Shown: positions 9,078 through 17,103 of the stretch, in pieces
Position numbering within the stretch: the stretch's first letter is position 1
How the letters are laid out: each line of letters begins with the position of its first letter
Source of the DNA: Candidatus Zixiibacteriota bacterium
GTDB lineage: Bacteria > Zixibacteria > MSB-5A5 > CAIYYT01
Direction of reading: 5' to 3'
Length of the DNA stretch: 18,235 bases
Assembly: GCA_040235515.1 (NCBI GenBank)
Contig: JBECKX010000115.1
Coordinates: 1-18,235 of the forward strand
The notes under the pieces: generated by a model
Databases searched by the model: none
Seen by the model: the letters and a program-made list of their open reading frames with translations, nothing else
What the model was told of the DNA's origin: nothing
Translations under genes and position numbers: made by a program

Positions 9078-9672
9078 CATCACCTACGGGCAGGAGGCGC
9101 TCCGCAAAGCTACTCATTTCGTAGCATTGCTGATCCCCACGATTTACCTGGTGTTTTCTCGCGAGGTGGCGGCTGTCCTGCTCGGATCGGCGTTCCTGAT
9201 CGTGGCGGCATTCGAGGTCTTTCGACTGCGCCGACTCCCGCCGTGGGATTGGGTCAAACCGGTTGTCGGCGGCATGATTCGCCCCAAGGAGGAGAAGGGC
9301 AACTTCACCGGCGCTTTCTACATCCTCTTCACGGCGACGATCTGCATACTCTTCTTCGATAGATATGTCGCGGCGACCGCGATCACCTTTGAAATCGTAG
9401 GTGATGTAGCATCCGCGTTGATCGGACGACGTTACGGCAAGCACTTCATTCGTCAGTCAAAAACTTATGAAGGGGCGGCGGCATTCCTGGTGGTGGCGAT
9501 CCTTACGATTGTGGTGATGCCGCATGTGCCCTACACGGTCGGTATTGTTGGTGCGGTGGTCGCCACGCTGGTGGAATCGATCTCGATCTATCGCGATGAC
9601 AATCTCACGGTGCCGCTCAGCTCGGGGCTGGTGATGTTCCTGATGATGCAGACATTTCCCAATCTGCCGTAA
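9040..9672 (+). CDS. Dolichol/phytol/diacylglycerol kinase-family (SEC59/VTE5/DGK1) CTP-dependent membrane kinase
   Basis: RKATH, VGDVASALIGRRYGKH, SKTYEG and DDNLTVPL motifs; multiple hydrophobic helices. Overlaps the end of the upstream gene; the start may be GTG 9064. Confidence 0.88.
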   Translation: MSLTHSRPVETTNITYGQEALRKATHFVALLIPTIYLVFSREVAAVLLGSAFLIVAAFEVFRLRRLPPWDWVKPVVGGMIRPKEEKGNFTGAFYILFTATICILFFDRYVAATAITFEIVGDVASALIGRRYGKHFIRQSKTYEGAAAFLVVAILTIVVMPHVPYTVGIVGAVVATLVESISIYRDDNLTVPLSSGLVMFLMMQTFPNLP

Positions 9673-9781
9673 GGTGGAGCCGGGGAAATGTCTCCGAAAG
9701 CTTCCGCCAGACCCGCGCAATTAACTTGACCACCAACATTTGATTCTGCATCCTTTGACGCAGGAAACCTAAGGACAAGTG

Positions 9782-10828
9782 ATGAGTTCAAACGGATTCA
9801 TAGATCTCAGGTCAGATACGGTCACACGACCTTCGCACGCGATGCGTGAAGCAATCGCTCAGGCGGAGGTGGGTGATGATGTGTTCGGGGATGATCCCAC
9901 CGTCATCAGGCTGGAGGAAACGGTTGCGGAGTTGTTCGGGAAGGAAGCGGCTCTGTTTGTACCGTCCGGCACGATGGGAAACCAGATCTGTCTCTACACT
10001 AACTCGACACCGGGTGATGAGATAATCTGTGAGCGTGGTGCCCACATCTTCAATTATGAGTCAGCTACCGTTGCGGCATTTTCCGGGCTGCTGACCCACG
10101 TGATCGACGGGACGAGGGGCGTGATCACGCCTGCCGATGTTGAGGGTCTGATCCGGCCGGGGAGCCTTCACTCGCCCCGGACGGCAATTCTGGAAATCGA
10201 GAACACGCACAACCGGGCGGGCGGAGCGATTTTTCCGATTGATGTTATGCAGGCTTTGCGGGAACTCTGCGACTCCCATCAGATCCTGCTTCATCTTGAT
10301 GGTGCCCGTATCTGGAATGCCCATGTTGCGACCCAGATCCCTCTCTCAGATTATGCAGCCTGCGCGGATACAATGACCGTTTGCTTCTCCAAGGGGCTTG
10401 GCGCACCGGTGGGCTCGGCCGTGCTGGGCGAACGTCAGTTCATCGAACGGGCCAGGCGGACGCGCAAGATGTTCGGCGGGGGAATGCGGCAGGCAGGAAT
10501 TCTGGCAGCAGCAGCCCTCTATGCTGTAGAGCATAATATCCCACGGTTAAGTGAGGATCACGAGAACGCCTGGTATTTTGCGGAGTCTATCTCTGAGATC
10601 GAGGGGCTCTACATCGACCTCGATAGTGTGCAGACAAACATCGTGATTATGGATGTCGCCGGCTCCGGCAGGGGAGTGGACGACATAGTCGCATCGTGCC
10701 GGGAACGAGGTTTGCTGGTGGTGCCTATCGGGACAACAAGTATCAGGGCGGTGACTCACCTTGATGTCGACCGTGATGATATCCGTGATGCAATCCAGAT
10801 AGTCCGCGATGTCTTCGAGTCCGCGTAG
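9782..10828 (+). CDS. ltaE: Low-specificity L-threonine aldolase (PLP-dependent)
   Basis: DLRSDTVT, VGDDVFGDDPT, SGTMGNQ, ENTHN, HLDGARIWNA, PLP-lysine motif CFSKGLGAPVGS, GGGMRQAG; AAGGA RBS upstream. Confidence 0.95.
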   Translation: MSSNGFIDLRSDTVTRPSHAMREAIAQAEVGDDVFGDDPTVIRLEETVAELFGKEAALFVPSGTMGNQICLYTNSTPGDEIICERGAHIFNYESATVAAFSGLLTHVIDGTRGVITPADVEGLIRPGSLHSPRTAILEIENTHNRAGGAIFPIDVMQALRELCDSHQILLHLDGARIWNAHVATQIPLSDYAACADTMTVCFSKGLGAPVGSAVLGERQFIERARRTRKMFGGGMRQAGILAAAALYAVEHNIPRLSEDHENAWYFAESISEIEGLYIDLDSVQTNIVIMDVAGSGRGVDDIVASCRERGLLVVPIGTTSIRAVTHLDVDRDDIRDAIQIVRDVFESA

Positions 10829-10852
10829 GTCAGACGCCGGGCACACCCATCC

Positions 10853-11629
10853 ATGCTGAAACTGAAAGTCATCGGCTGCTCTTCGGGCAGGCCTCACCCC
10901 ACCCTGGCCGGTTCATCGTATCTGCTCATGCAGGGAGATCGCAGAATTCTGTTCGATATCGGTGAAGGGTTTTCCTCCGCGCTCTTGCGAAACAAGATTG
11001 ATCCTCTCAGCATCGAAACCATTTTCATCTCGCACACTCATTCCGATCATATCGCGGGATTGTTCCTTTATCTGCAGATGGTGCACGGGATGCGCAGGCG
11101 GGAACCACTCGATATCTTTGTCCCGGCTGAGGTCGTGGAGCCGCTGGAGCGGTGGCTCGACGCAACCTATCTCTTCCGAGATCACCTCTCGCTTCCGGTT
11201 GAAATCCACGCGGTCGATGCTGAATTTGAATTTGAGATGACGGACTTGAGGATCAGGCCGCATCTAACCGATCACCTGCAAACCAAGGCGGAGTATATCA
11301 GGGAACATCAACTCCCGAACCAGATGCAGTGCTTCGCTTACCAGATAGAAGCATCCAAGCAGAAGATCGTCTATTCCGCAGACTTCGGCAGCCTGAGTGA
11401 CCTTGAACCGATTATCGCCGGCGCCGACCTGCTGATTCTGGAAGCATTCCATGTGGAGATCGCGCCGTTGATCGAATCTGCCCTTGAGAGAAAGATCAGG
11501 AGGATACTGCTCACGCACCTGCCTGAGTCGCTTGATCGGAGTCAGGTAAGAGGCGATTTCGAGCGCTCCGGCTATACCAATTTGTTGTTTGCGGATGAAG
11601 GCCTCGAGATCGACCTGTTACCGGAATAA
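10853..11629 (+). CDS. Metallo-beta-lactamase-fold hydrolase, RNase Z/BN (ElaC/AtsA)-like
   Basis: N-terminal IGCSSGRP, FDIGEG, metal motif SHTHSDH, YSAD, LILEA, LLTH. Short (258 aa), with no evident tRNA-binding flexible arm, so the substrate is uncertain. Confidence 0.85.
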   Translation: MLKLKVIGCSSGRPHPTLAGSSYLLMQGDRRILFDIGEGFSSALLRNKIDPLSIETIFISHTHSDHIAGLFLYLQMVHGMRRREPLDIFVPAEVVEPLERWLDATYLFRDHLSLPVEIHAVDAEFEFEMTDLRIRPHLTDHLQTKAEYIREHQLPNQMQCFAYQIEASKQKIVYSADFGSLSDLEPIIAGADLLILEAFHVEIAPLIESALERKIRRILLTHLPESLDRSQVRGDFERSGYTNLLFADEGLEIDLLPE

Positions 11630-11635
11630 GCGTCG

Positions 11636-12388
11636 TTACCGGGAGAGATAGCCGCCATCGACAGCGTAGTATGATCCTGTCACAAACGAGGCGCTCTCGG
11701 AACTGAGCCAGAGCACCAACTCCGCCACTTCGTGCGGCTCTCCCAGCCGTCCGATCGGATGCTGCGTTGCCAGAAATTCTAGTGCACCCTCCGGCAAATT
11801 ATCCAACATCGGGGTCTTGATGAACGCAGGACCGACCGTGTTCACCCGGATGTTGCGACTGCCATACTCCAGAGCGGCATTCTGAGCCAGTCCGATCATG
11901 CCATGTTTGGCTGCCACGTAGGGAGAATGTCCCCGGAAACCCACCCTGGAAAGGATCGAGCCGACATTCACGATCGCGCCCCCACCGGTCTTGAGCATCG
12001 CCGGAATCTCAAAGTGCATGCCATAGAATATCCCAGAGAGGTTGATGCCGATGACGCGGTTCCATTCCTCGGGTGGGGTCTCGGCGATATCGCCCTGCCT
12101 GCCACCGATGCCGGCATTATTACACGCGATATCGAGCCGGCCAAATTGCTTCAATGTCTCAGCGACAAGAGTTTCATTGTCATCTGGTCGGGAGACATCC
12201 GCGCGCACGAAGATCGCTTCCGCGCCTGTCGATTTGATGATCTCAACGGTCTCTCTCCCGCCCATCTCATCCACGTCAGAAACCACCACCCTGGCTCCTG
12301 CCTGCGCGTACGATTCTGCGACCGCCCGTCCAATTCCTGAGGCTGCGCCGGTTACAATCGCTACTTTTCCTCCCAGATTCGTACTCAT
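11636..12388 (-). CDS. Classical short-chain dehydrogenase/reductase (probably NAD-dependent)
   Basis: TGAASGIG, acidic residue after beta2 (VSDV), NNAG, catalytic S...YVAAK, VDGG; RBS GAGGAG on the minus strand at about 12395-12400. Confidence 0.95.
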   Translation of the reverse strand: MSTNLGGKVAIVTGAASGIGRAVAESYAQAGARVVVSDVDEMGGRETVEIIKSTGAEAIFVRADVSRPDDNETLVAETLKQFGRLDIACNNAGIGGRQGDIAETPPEEWNRVIGINLSGIFYGMHFEIPAMLKTGGGAIVNVGSILSRVGFRGHSPYVAAKHGMIGLAQNAALEYGSRNIRVNTVGPAFIKTPMLDNLPEGALEFLATQHPIGRLGEPHEVAELVLWLSSESASFVTGSYYAVDGGYLSR

Positions 12389-12483
12389 TTGCTTCTCCTC
12401 GCCCGGATTGAGCTGCTTAGCCTGATAAACATGATACCTGATCAGTATGTCGATTTTTGAGTAATATCACACCTGGTTGCTAT

Positions 12484-12730
12484 GGAATCCAGCGGAATCA
12501 CGATTGTTTCGGGAGAGGGAAGCGAGATCTGGAAACTCCTAACAGAGTGCGCGACAACATCCTACGCGAAAAATCAGAGCTTCCGGACCGGAACCGACGC
12601 GCTCTTTCATAGAGCCGGCGGCGATCGTTGCAGGTCAACCTGTCGGATCGGAGGGGTCTCAAGCGGAGACTTCGGGTGGATTTGGTCAAGGAAATCACCC
12701 GGATCTTGGTAATCTATCCGCTATGATTCC
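12484..12730 (+). ncRNA. Candidate orphan structured RNA element (~250 nt), family unassigned
   Basis: Nested end-to-end pairings (12484-89/12725-30, 12491-96/12717-22, 12502-05/12711-14, 12524-30/12701-07) enclose several nearly abutting hairpins. G-U wobbles favour the + strand. Paired by eye only. Confidence 0.4.
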
Positions 12731-12823
12731 TGTATCGCCGACCTCGTACTCTTTTGGGGTAAGTCCCTATAGAAATAGGGGAGTAATTCCTACATATTTT
12801 TGAACCTCAACCCGTAAAACCCG

Positions 12824-12851
12824 TTGACATAGATAACTTAGTCGCTATATT
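12824..12851 (+). promoter_or_regulatory. Sigma70-type promoter for the aldehyde dehydrogenase
   Basis: Perfect -35 TTGACA (12824-12829), 16-nt spacer, -10 TATATT (12846-12851), in an AT-rich tract about 115 nt upstream of the ATG. Confidence 0.7.
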
Positions 12852-12875
12852 TTTCTTCATTCCTGACGGCTACGG

Positions 12876-12893
12876 GTGTGAAAAAATTCACGA
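12876..12893. promoter_or_regulatory. Palindromic operator candidate (Rex-like or Crp-family-like)
   Basis: GTGTGAAAAAATTCACGA matches 12 of 14 positions of the Rex consensus TTGTGAA-N4-TTCACAA and also fits TGTGA-N6-TCACG (Crp-like). It lies downstream of the predicted promoter. Confidence 0.5.
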
Positions 12894-12967
12894 AAAGCGT
12901 GCTGTCGGGCAATGTTTTATCGCTTTCTGATAACAGTTCGTGAGCCGCTTTTTTGCCGGAGGAATCA

Positions 12968-14455
12968 ATGCCAGAGACATACAAGAACTTTATAAATGGG
13001 GAATGGGTCGCTTCAGCTACCGGAGAGACATTCGAGAACCGCAATCCTGCAAATACTGATGAGGTTGTCGGTGTATTTCAGAAGTCCGACGAGCGTGATG
13101 TCAACGCGGCGATCGAAGCTGCAGCGAAGGCTTATAAGAGCTGGCGCTTGATGCCTGCCCCGAAACGTGCGGAAATCCTCTACCGCGTGGGTCAGAAACT
13201 GGTGGAACGCAAGGAGCAATATGCGAGGGATATGACCCGCGAAATGGGGAAGGTTCTGGCGGAGACTCGAGGCGACGTGCAGGAAGCAATCGATATCTCC
13301 TACTTCACCGCCGGTGAAGGGCGCCGTCTCCATGGTCAGACCACACCATCTGAGATGCCGAATAAGTTCCAGATGTCGATCCGACAGCCCCTTGGTGTTT
13401 GTGGAATGATCACCCCCTGGAATTTCCCGATGGCGATACCCTCCTGGAAGATGATCCCGGCACTGGTATGCGGTAACACGGTGGTCATCAAGCCGGCTAC
13501 CGATACCCCACTCTCGGTTGTCAATTTCATCAAGGTTTTCGAAGAGTGCGGCATGCCGAAGGGTGTCGTTAATATGGTAACAGGTTCCGGTTCCAAGGTG
13601 GGTGAGCCGTTGATGAACCATCCTGAGGTGAAGGTTGTGTCGTTTACCGGCTCTTCGGAAATTGGTTCGCATGTCTCGAAGGCCTGCGCCCCCGATTTCA
13701 AGCACTGTTCCCTTGAGATGGGCGGAAAGAATGTCCAGTTGGTGATGAATTCTGCCAAGCTTGACCTGGCGGTCGATGGTGCCCTCTGGGGTGCTTTCGG
13801 AACCACCGGTCAGCGTTGCACGGCGACCTCCCGGATCGTCTGTCATAAGGATGTCTACAAGCAGTTCGTTGACCGGCTGGTTGAGCGCGCCCGGGCGCTG
13901 AAGGTTGGCAACGGGCTCGATGAGTCGAACAATATGGGACCGGCGGTCAACCAGGGACAACTGGACACCGACATGCGCTACATCGAGATCGGCAAGAAGG
14001 AGGGCGCCAGCCTTCGTACCGGTGGAGAGCGCTTAACCGGAGGTGACTACGACAAAGGTTACTTCCTGCAACCGACAGTATTTGCTGATGTCACGCAAGA
14101 TATGACGATCTGGAAAGAGGAGATATTCGGGCCTGTGGTCTCGATCGCCGTCTGCGATTCCCTCGATCAGGGGATTGAGATGGCCAACGATACTATCTAT
14201 GGCCTGTCAGCCTCGATCTACACACAGGATGTGAACGAAGCCTTCCGCGCAATGCGGGATATCTATACAGGAATTTTCTACGTCAACAGTCCTACAATCG
14301 GTGCAGAGGTTCATCTTCCGTTCGGCGGTACCAAGGCTACCGGTAATGGGCACCGTGAGGCAGGACATCAGGCGCTCGACGTCTTCAGCGAGTGGAAGTC
14401 GGTCTATATCGACTTCTCAGGCACGCTGCAGCGCGCGCAGATTGATGCGAACTAA
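12968..14455 (+). CDS. NAD(P)-dependent aldehyde dehydrogenase (semialdehyde-dehydrogenase-like; substrate unassigned)
   Basis: RBS GGAGGA before ATG 12968; [25 protein letters not shown], catalytic GQRCTA, EEIFGPV, PFGG. Confidence 0.95.
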   Translation: MPETYKNFINGEWVASATGETFENRNPANTDEVVGVFQKSDERDVNAAIEAAAKAYKSWRLMPAPKRAEILYRVGQKLVERKEQYARDMTREMGKVLAETRGDVQEAIDISYFTAGEGRRLHGQTTPSEMPNKFQMSIRQPLGVCGMITPWNFPMAIPSWKMIPALVCGNTVVIKPATDTPLSVVNFIKVFEECGMPKGVVNMVTGSGSKVGEPLMNHPEVKVVSFTGSSEIGSHVSKACAPDFKHCSLEMGGKNVQLVMNSAKLDLAVDGALWGAFGTTGQRCTATSRIVCHKDVYKQFVDRLVERARALKVGNGLDESNNMGPAVNQGQLDTDMRYIEIGKKEGASLRTGGERLTGGDYDKGYFLQPTVFADVTQDMTIWKEEIFGPVVSIAVCDSLDQGIEMANDTIYGLSASIYTQDVNEAFRAMRDIYTGIFYVNSPTIGAEVHLPFGGTKATGNGHREAGHQALDVFSEWKSVYIDFSGTLQRAQIDAN

Positions 14456-14723
14456 ACAGGCAAGTTAGGGATTACTGCCAGGCGCAATTCGAGTTTCTTA
14501 AGCAGACAGAGTCTATTCGAGCTATGAGTAACTTCTGGAATTCATATAACCGGGCCGGAATGAAGGGCTTATTGGCCTACTTCATCTCCATTCTCTGGTT
14601 TGCATCCGCCGTCTGAAAGGCAAACGCGAGTTTCAGGCTGTGATGTTCACTTTGCAAGCTCTGGCTTGCGCGAGCAGAGGTTGCTCGCACCGGTTAATGG
14701 AAATTTGAAGGAGTTTAGATTAA

Positions 14724-16067
14724 ATGAAGAAGAAACGCATACTGATAATGGGGGCTGCCGGCAGAGACTTCCACAACTTCAACACTTACTACCGTGATGA
14801 CAACACGGTTGAAGTCGTTTGTTTCACTGCCACGCAGATTCCTGATATCGAAGGTCGCAAGTATCCGGCCAAGCTTGCCGGAAAGCTTTACCCGAAGGGG
14901 ATTCCGATTTATCCCGAAGATCAGCTTCAGGAACTGATCGACAAGCATGACATCGACGAAGTCGTTTTCTCCTACTCGGATGTTTCGCATGATTACATCA
15001 TGCATCGCGCCGAGGAGGTTCTCGCCGCCGGTCCGAACTTCATCGTGCTTGGCCCCGCGCACACGATGGTGCAGTCGACCAAGCCGGTCGTCGCCATTAC
15101 CGCGGTCAGAACCGGAGCCGGCAAGAGCCAGACGACCCGCAAGGTCTGTGAGATCCTCAAGGAGCTGGGGAAGAGGGTCGTGGCTGTACGTCACCCGATG
15201 CCGTACGGTGACCTCACCAAGCAGATCAGCCAGCGTTTTGCGACAGTCGGTGACCTCAAGAAGCACAATTGCACGATCGAAGAGATGGAAGAGTATGAAC
15301 CGCATATCTCGCGCGGCCAGGTCATCTATGCCGGTGTTGATTATGAGGTAATCCTCCGCCAGGCCGAGCAGGAAGCCGACATCGTAGTCTGGGATGGCGG
15401 GAACAACGACCTCCCCTTCTACGAGCCGGATCTCTGGATCTGCGTCGCCGACCCGCATCGCCCGGGGCATGAACTTGCCTACTACCCCGGTGAAGCCAAT
15501 TTCCGCGCGGCGGATGTCATCATTCTCAACAAGATCGCGACAGCCGATCCGGAATACACCGAAATCGTCCGCGCCAATGCCCACGAGGTCAATCCTGACG
15601 CCGTGGTGATCGACGGGGCTTCGCCGATTACCGTCGAGGACCCATCCGTTATCAGAGGCAAACGCGTGCTTGTGGTGGAAGACGGCCCGACGGCAACTCA
15701 CGGCGAGATGCAATATGGGGCCGGCACGGTTGCAGCTCAGAAGTTCGGCGCCGCAGAGATCGTAGATCCGCGGCCTTACCTGAAGGGATCGCTGAAGGAT
15801 ACGTTCGAGAAGTATCCCGATATCGGTGCGCTGCTGCCGGCGATGGGTTATGGCGGCAAGCAGATGAAGGACCTTGAGGCCACGATCGCGGCTACAAAGT
15901 GCGATTCGGTCATTATCGGGACGCCGATCGATTTGCGTCGCGTTATCAAGATCAAACAGAAATCGACGCGCGTTGGCTACGATCTGCAGGAGATCGGTCA
16001 GCCGACACTCACCGAAGTTCTTACCGAGTTCACCCGCAAGGTGAAGAAGGGAAGAAAGAAAGCGTAA
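14724..16067 (+). CDS. arcE: COG2403 P-loop NTPase (cDPG-synthetase-related); probable arginine synthetase ArcE
   Basis: N-terminal MGAAGRDFHNFN, Walker A variant AVRTGAGKS, RHPMPYG, CTIEEMEEYEPH, WDGGNND, VEDGPT; RBS AAGGAG. Family call is from motifs. The ArcE function is inferred from adjacency to carbamate kinase. Confidence 0.75.
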   Translation: MKKKRILIMGAAGRDFHNFNTYYRDDNTVEVVCFTATQIPDIEGRKYPAKLAGKLYPKGIPIYPEDQLQELIDKHDIDEVVFSYSDVSHDYIMHRAEEVLAAGPNFIVLGPAHTMVQSTKPVVAITAVRTGAGKSQTTRKVCEILKELGKRVVAVRHPMPYGDLTKQISQRFATVGDLKKHNCTIEEMEEYEPHISRGQVIYAGVDYEVILRQAEQEADIVVWDGGNNDLPFYEPDLWICVADPHRPGHELAYYPGEANFRAADVIILNKIATADPEYTEIVRANAHEVNPDAVVIDGASPITVEDPSVIRGKRVLVVEDGPTATHGEMQYGAGTVAAQKFGAAEIVDPRPYLKGSLKDTFEKYPDIGALLPAMGYGGKQMKDLEATIAATKCDSVIIGTPIDLRRVIKIKQKSTRVGYDLQEIGQPTLTEVLTEFTRKVKKGRKKA

Positions 16068-16118
16068 GCGTGAAGCGCACTCTGACCACAACGATGATTC
16101 TACATCCGGGAATACAAC

Positions 16119-17063
16119 ATGAGTAAGACTGCGGTCATAGCACTCGGTGGCAACGCGATTACGCGCCAGGACATCGAGGACACGATAGCGAATCAATTCT
16201 CCAACACGCGCAACTCGCTTGATGGTTTGATCGACTTGATTCGTGAAGAGTATAAGATCGCGATCACGCACGGCAACGGCCCGCAGGTAGGTAATGCTAT
16301 CCTGCGGGTCGAACTGGCCAGGGGCAAGGCGCCGATACTGCCGCTCGGTATCTGTGTAGCGGACACCGAGGGCGGCATGGGCTACATGATCGGGCAGAGT
16401 TTGTACAATCGCCTGAAGCGCGAGAAGCTTGAGCGCGATGTTGTCACGATCATCACACAGGTTGAGGTCAACCCCGATGATCCGGAGCTCAACAACCCGA
16501 GCAAGTTTATCGGACAGTTCTACGATGCGCAGCAGGCGCATCTGTTCGAGTCGGAGCGCAACTGGGTGATGAAGGAGGATTCGGGGCGCGGCTGGCGCAG
16601 GGTAGTGCCCTCGCCGATTCCCAAGGCAATTGTCGAGTCGCGGATCATTAAGCAACTGGTGAACAGCGGGGTGATCGTAATCGCCGCCGGTGGCGGGGGC
16701 ATACCGGTTTACTACGAGGAGGATGGCACACTCGAGGGCATCGATGCGGTCATCGACAAGGATCGTGCGTCGGCGCTGCTGGCCCACGAGATCGATGCCG
16801 ACCTGCTGGTGATCCTGACGGGCGTGAACAAAGTAGCCATCAACTTCGGCAAAGAAAACGAACGAAAGCTTGACCGCATCACTATGAGTGAGGCCAGGCA
16901 ATATTTAGCGGAAGGACATTTCCCACGCGGCAGCATGGGGCCAAAGATCGAGGCCGCAATCGCATTCCTTGAGCAGGGTGGAGAGCGAGTTGTGATCAGC
17001 TCAATTGAACGTGCAGCCAGAGCAGTGCTTGGAGATGCTGGTACAACCATTGAACGCGACTGA
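16119..17063 (+). CDS. arcC: Carbamate kinase
   Basis: ALGGNA, THGNGPQVG, NPSKFIG, GRGWRRVVPSP, GGGGIPV, AVIDKD, GSMGPKIEAA. Confidence 0.97.
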   Translation: MSKTAVIALGGNAITRQDIEDTIANQFSNTRNSLDGLIDLIREEYKIAITHGNGPQVGNAILRVELARGKAPILPLGICVADTEGGMGYMIGQSLYNRLKREKLERDVVTIITQVEVNPDDPELNNPSKFIGQFYDAQQAHLFESERNWVMKEDSGRGWRRVVPSPIPKAIVESRIIKQLVNSGVIVIAAGGGGIPVYYEEDGTLEGIDAVIDKDRASALLAHEIDADLLVILTGVNKVAINFGKENERKLDRITMSEARQYLAEGHFPRGSMGPKIEAAIAFLEQGGERVVISSIERAARAVLGDAGTTIERD

Positions 17064-17103
17064 TTTCGCGCATGACAGAACGATTACGAATGCGACTGAT
17101 GAA

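Noticed and set aside
12505..12600. Resemblance to SRP RNA (GGTCCGGAAG on the minus strand), RNase P or a cobalamin riboswitch (AGGGAAGC)
   Set aside because: The flanking conserved elements are missing: no SRP CAGG...AGCAG loop, no GAGGAAAGTCC, no B12 box.
12482..12712. 76-aa plus-strand ORF (and the 66-aa minus-strand ORF) in the SDR-ALDH spacer
   Set aside because: No RBS or recognisable domain. The region is better explained by base-pairing, though small proteins cannot be fully excluded.
16065..16118. Possible read-through fusion of arcE and arcC (same reading frame)
   Set aside because: Two in-frame stops intervene (TAA 16065-67 and TGA 16071-73), and arcC has its own ATG.
14715..16901. 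728-aa minus-strand ORF
   Set aside because: Antisense shadow of arcE and arcC, which share a frame. It has no recognisable motifs, and such ORFs are expected from codon bias in GC-rich genes.
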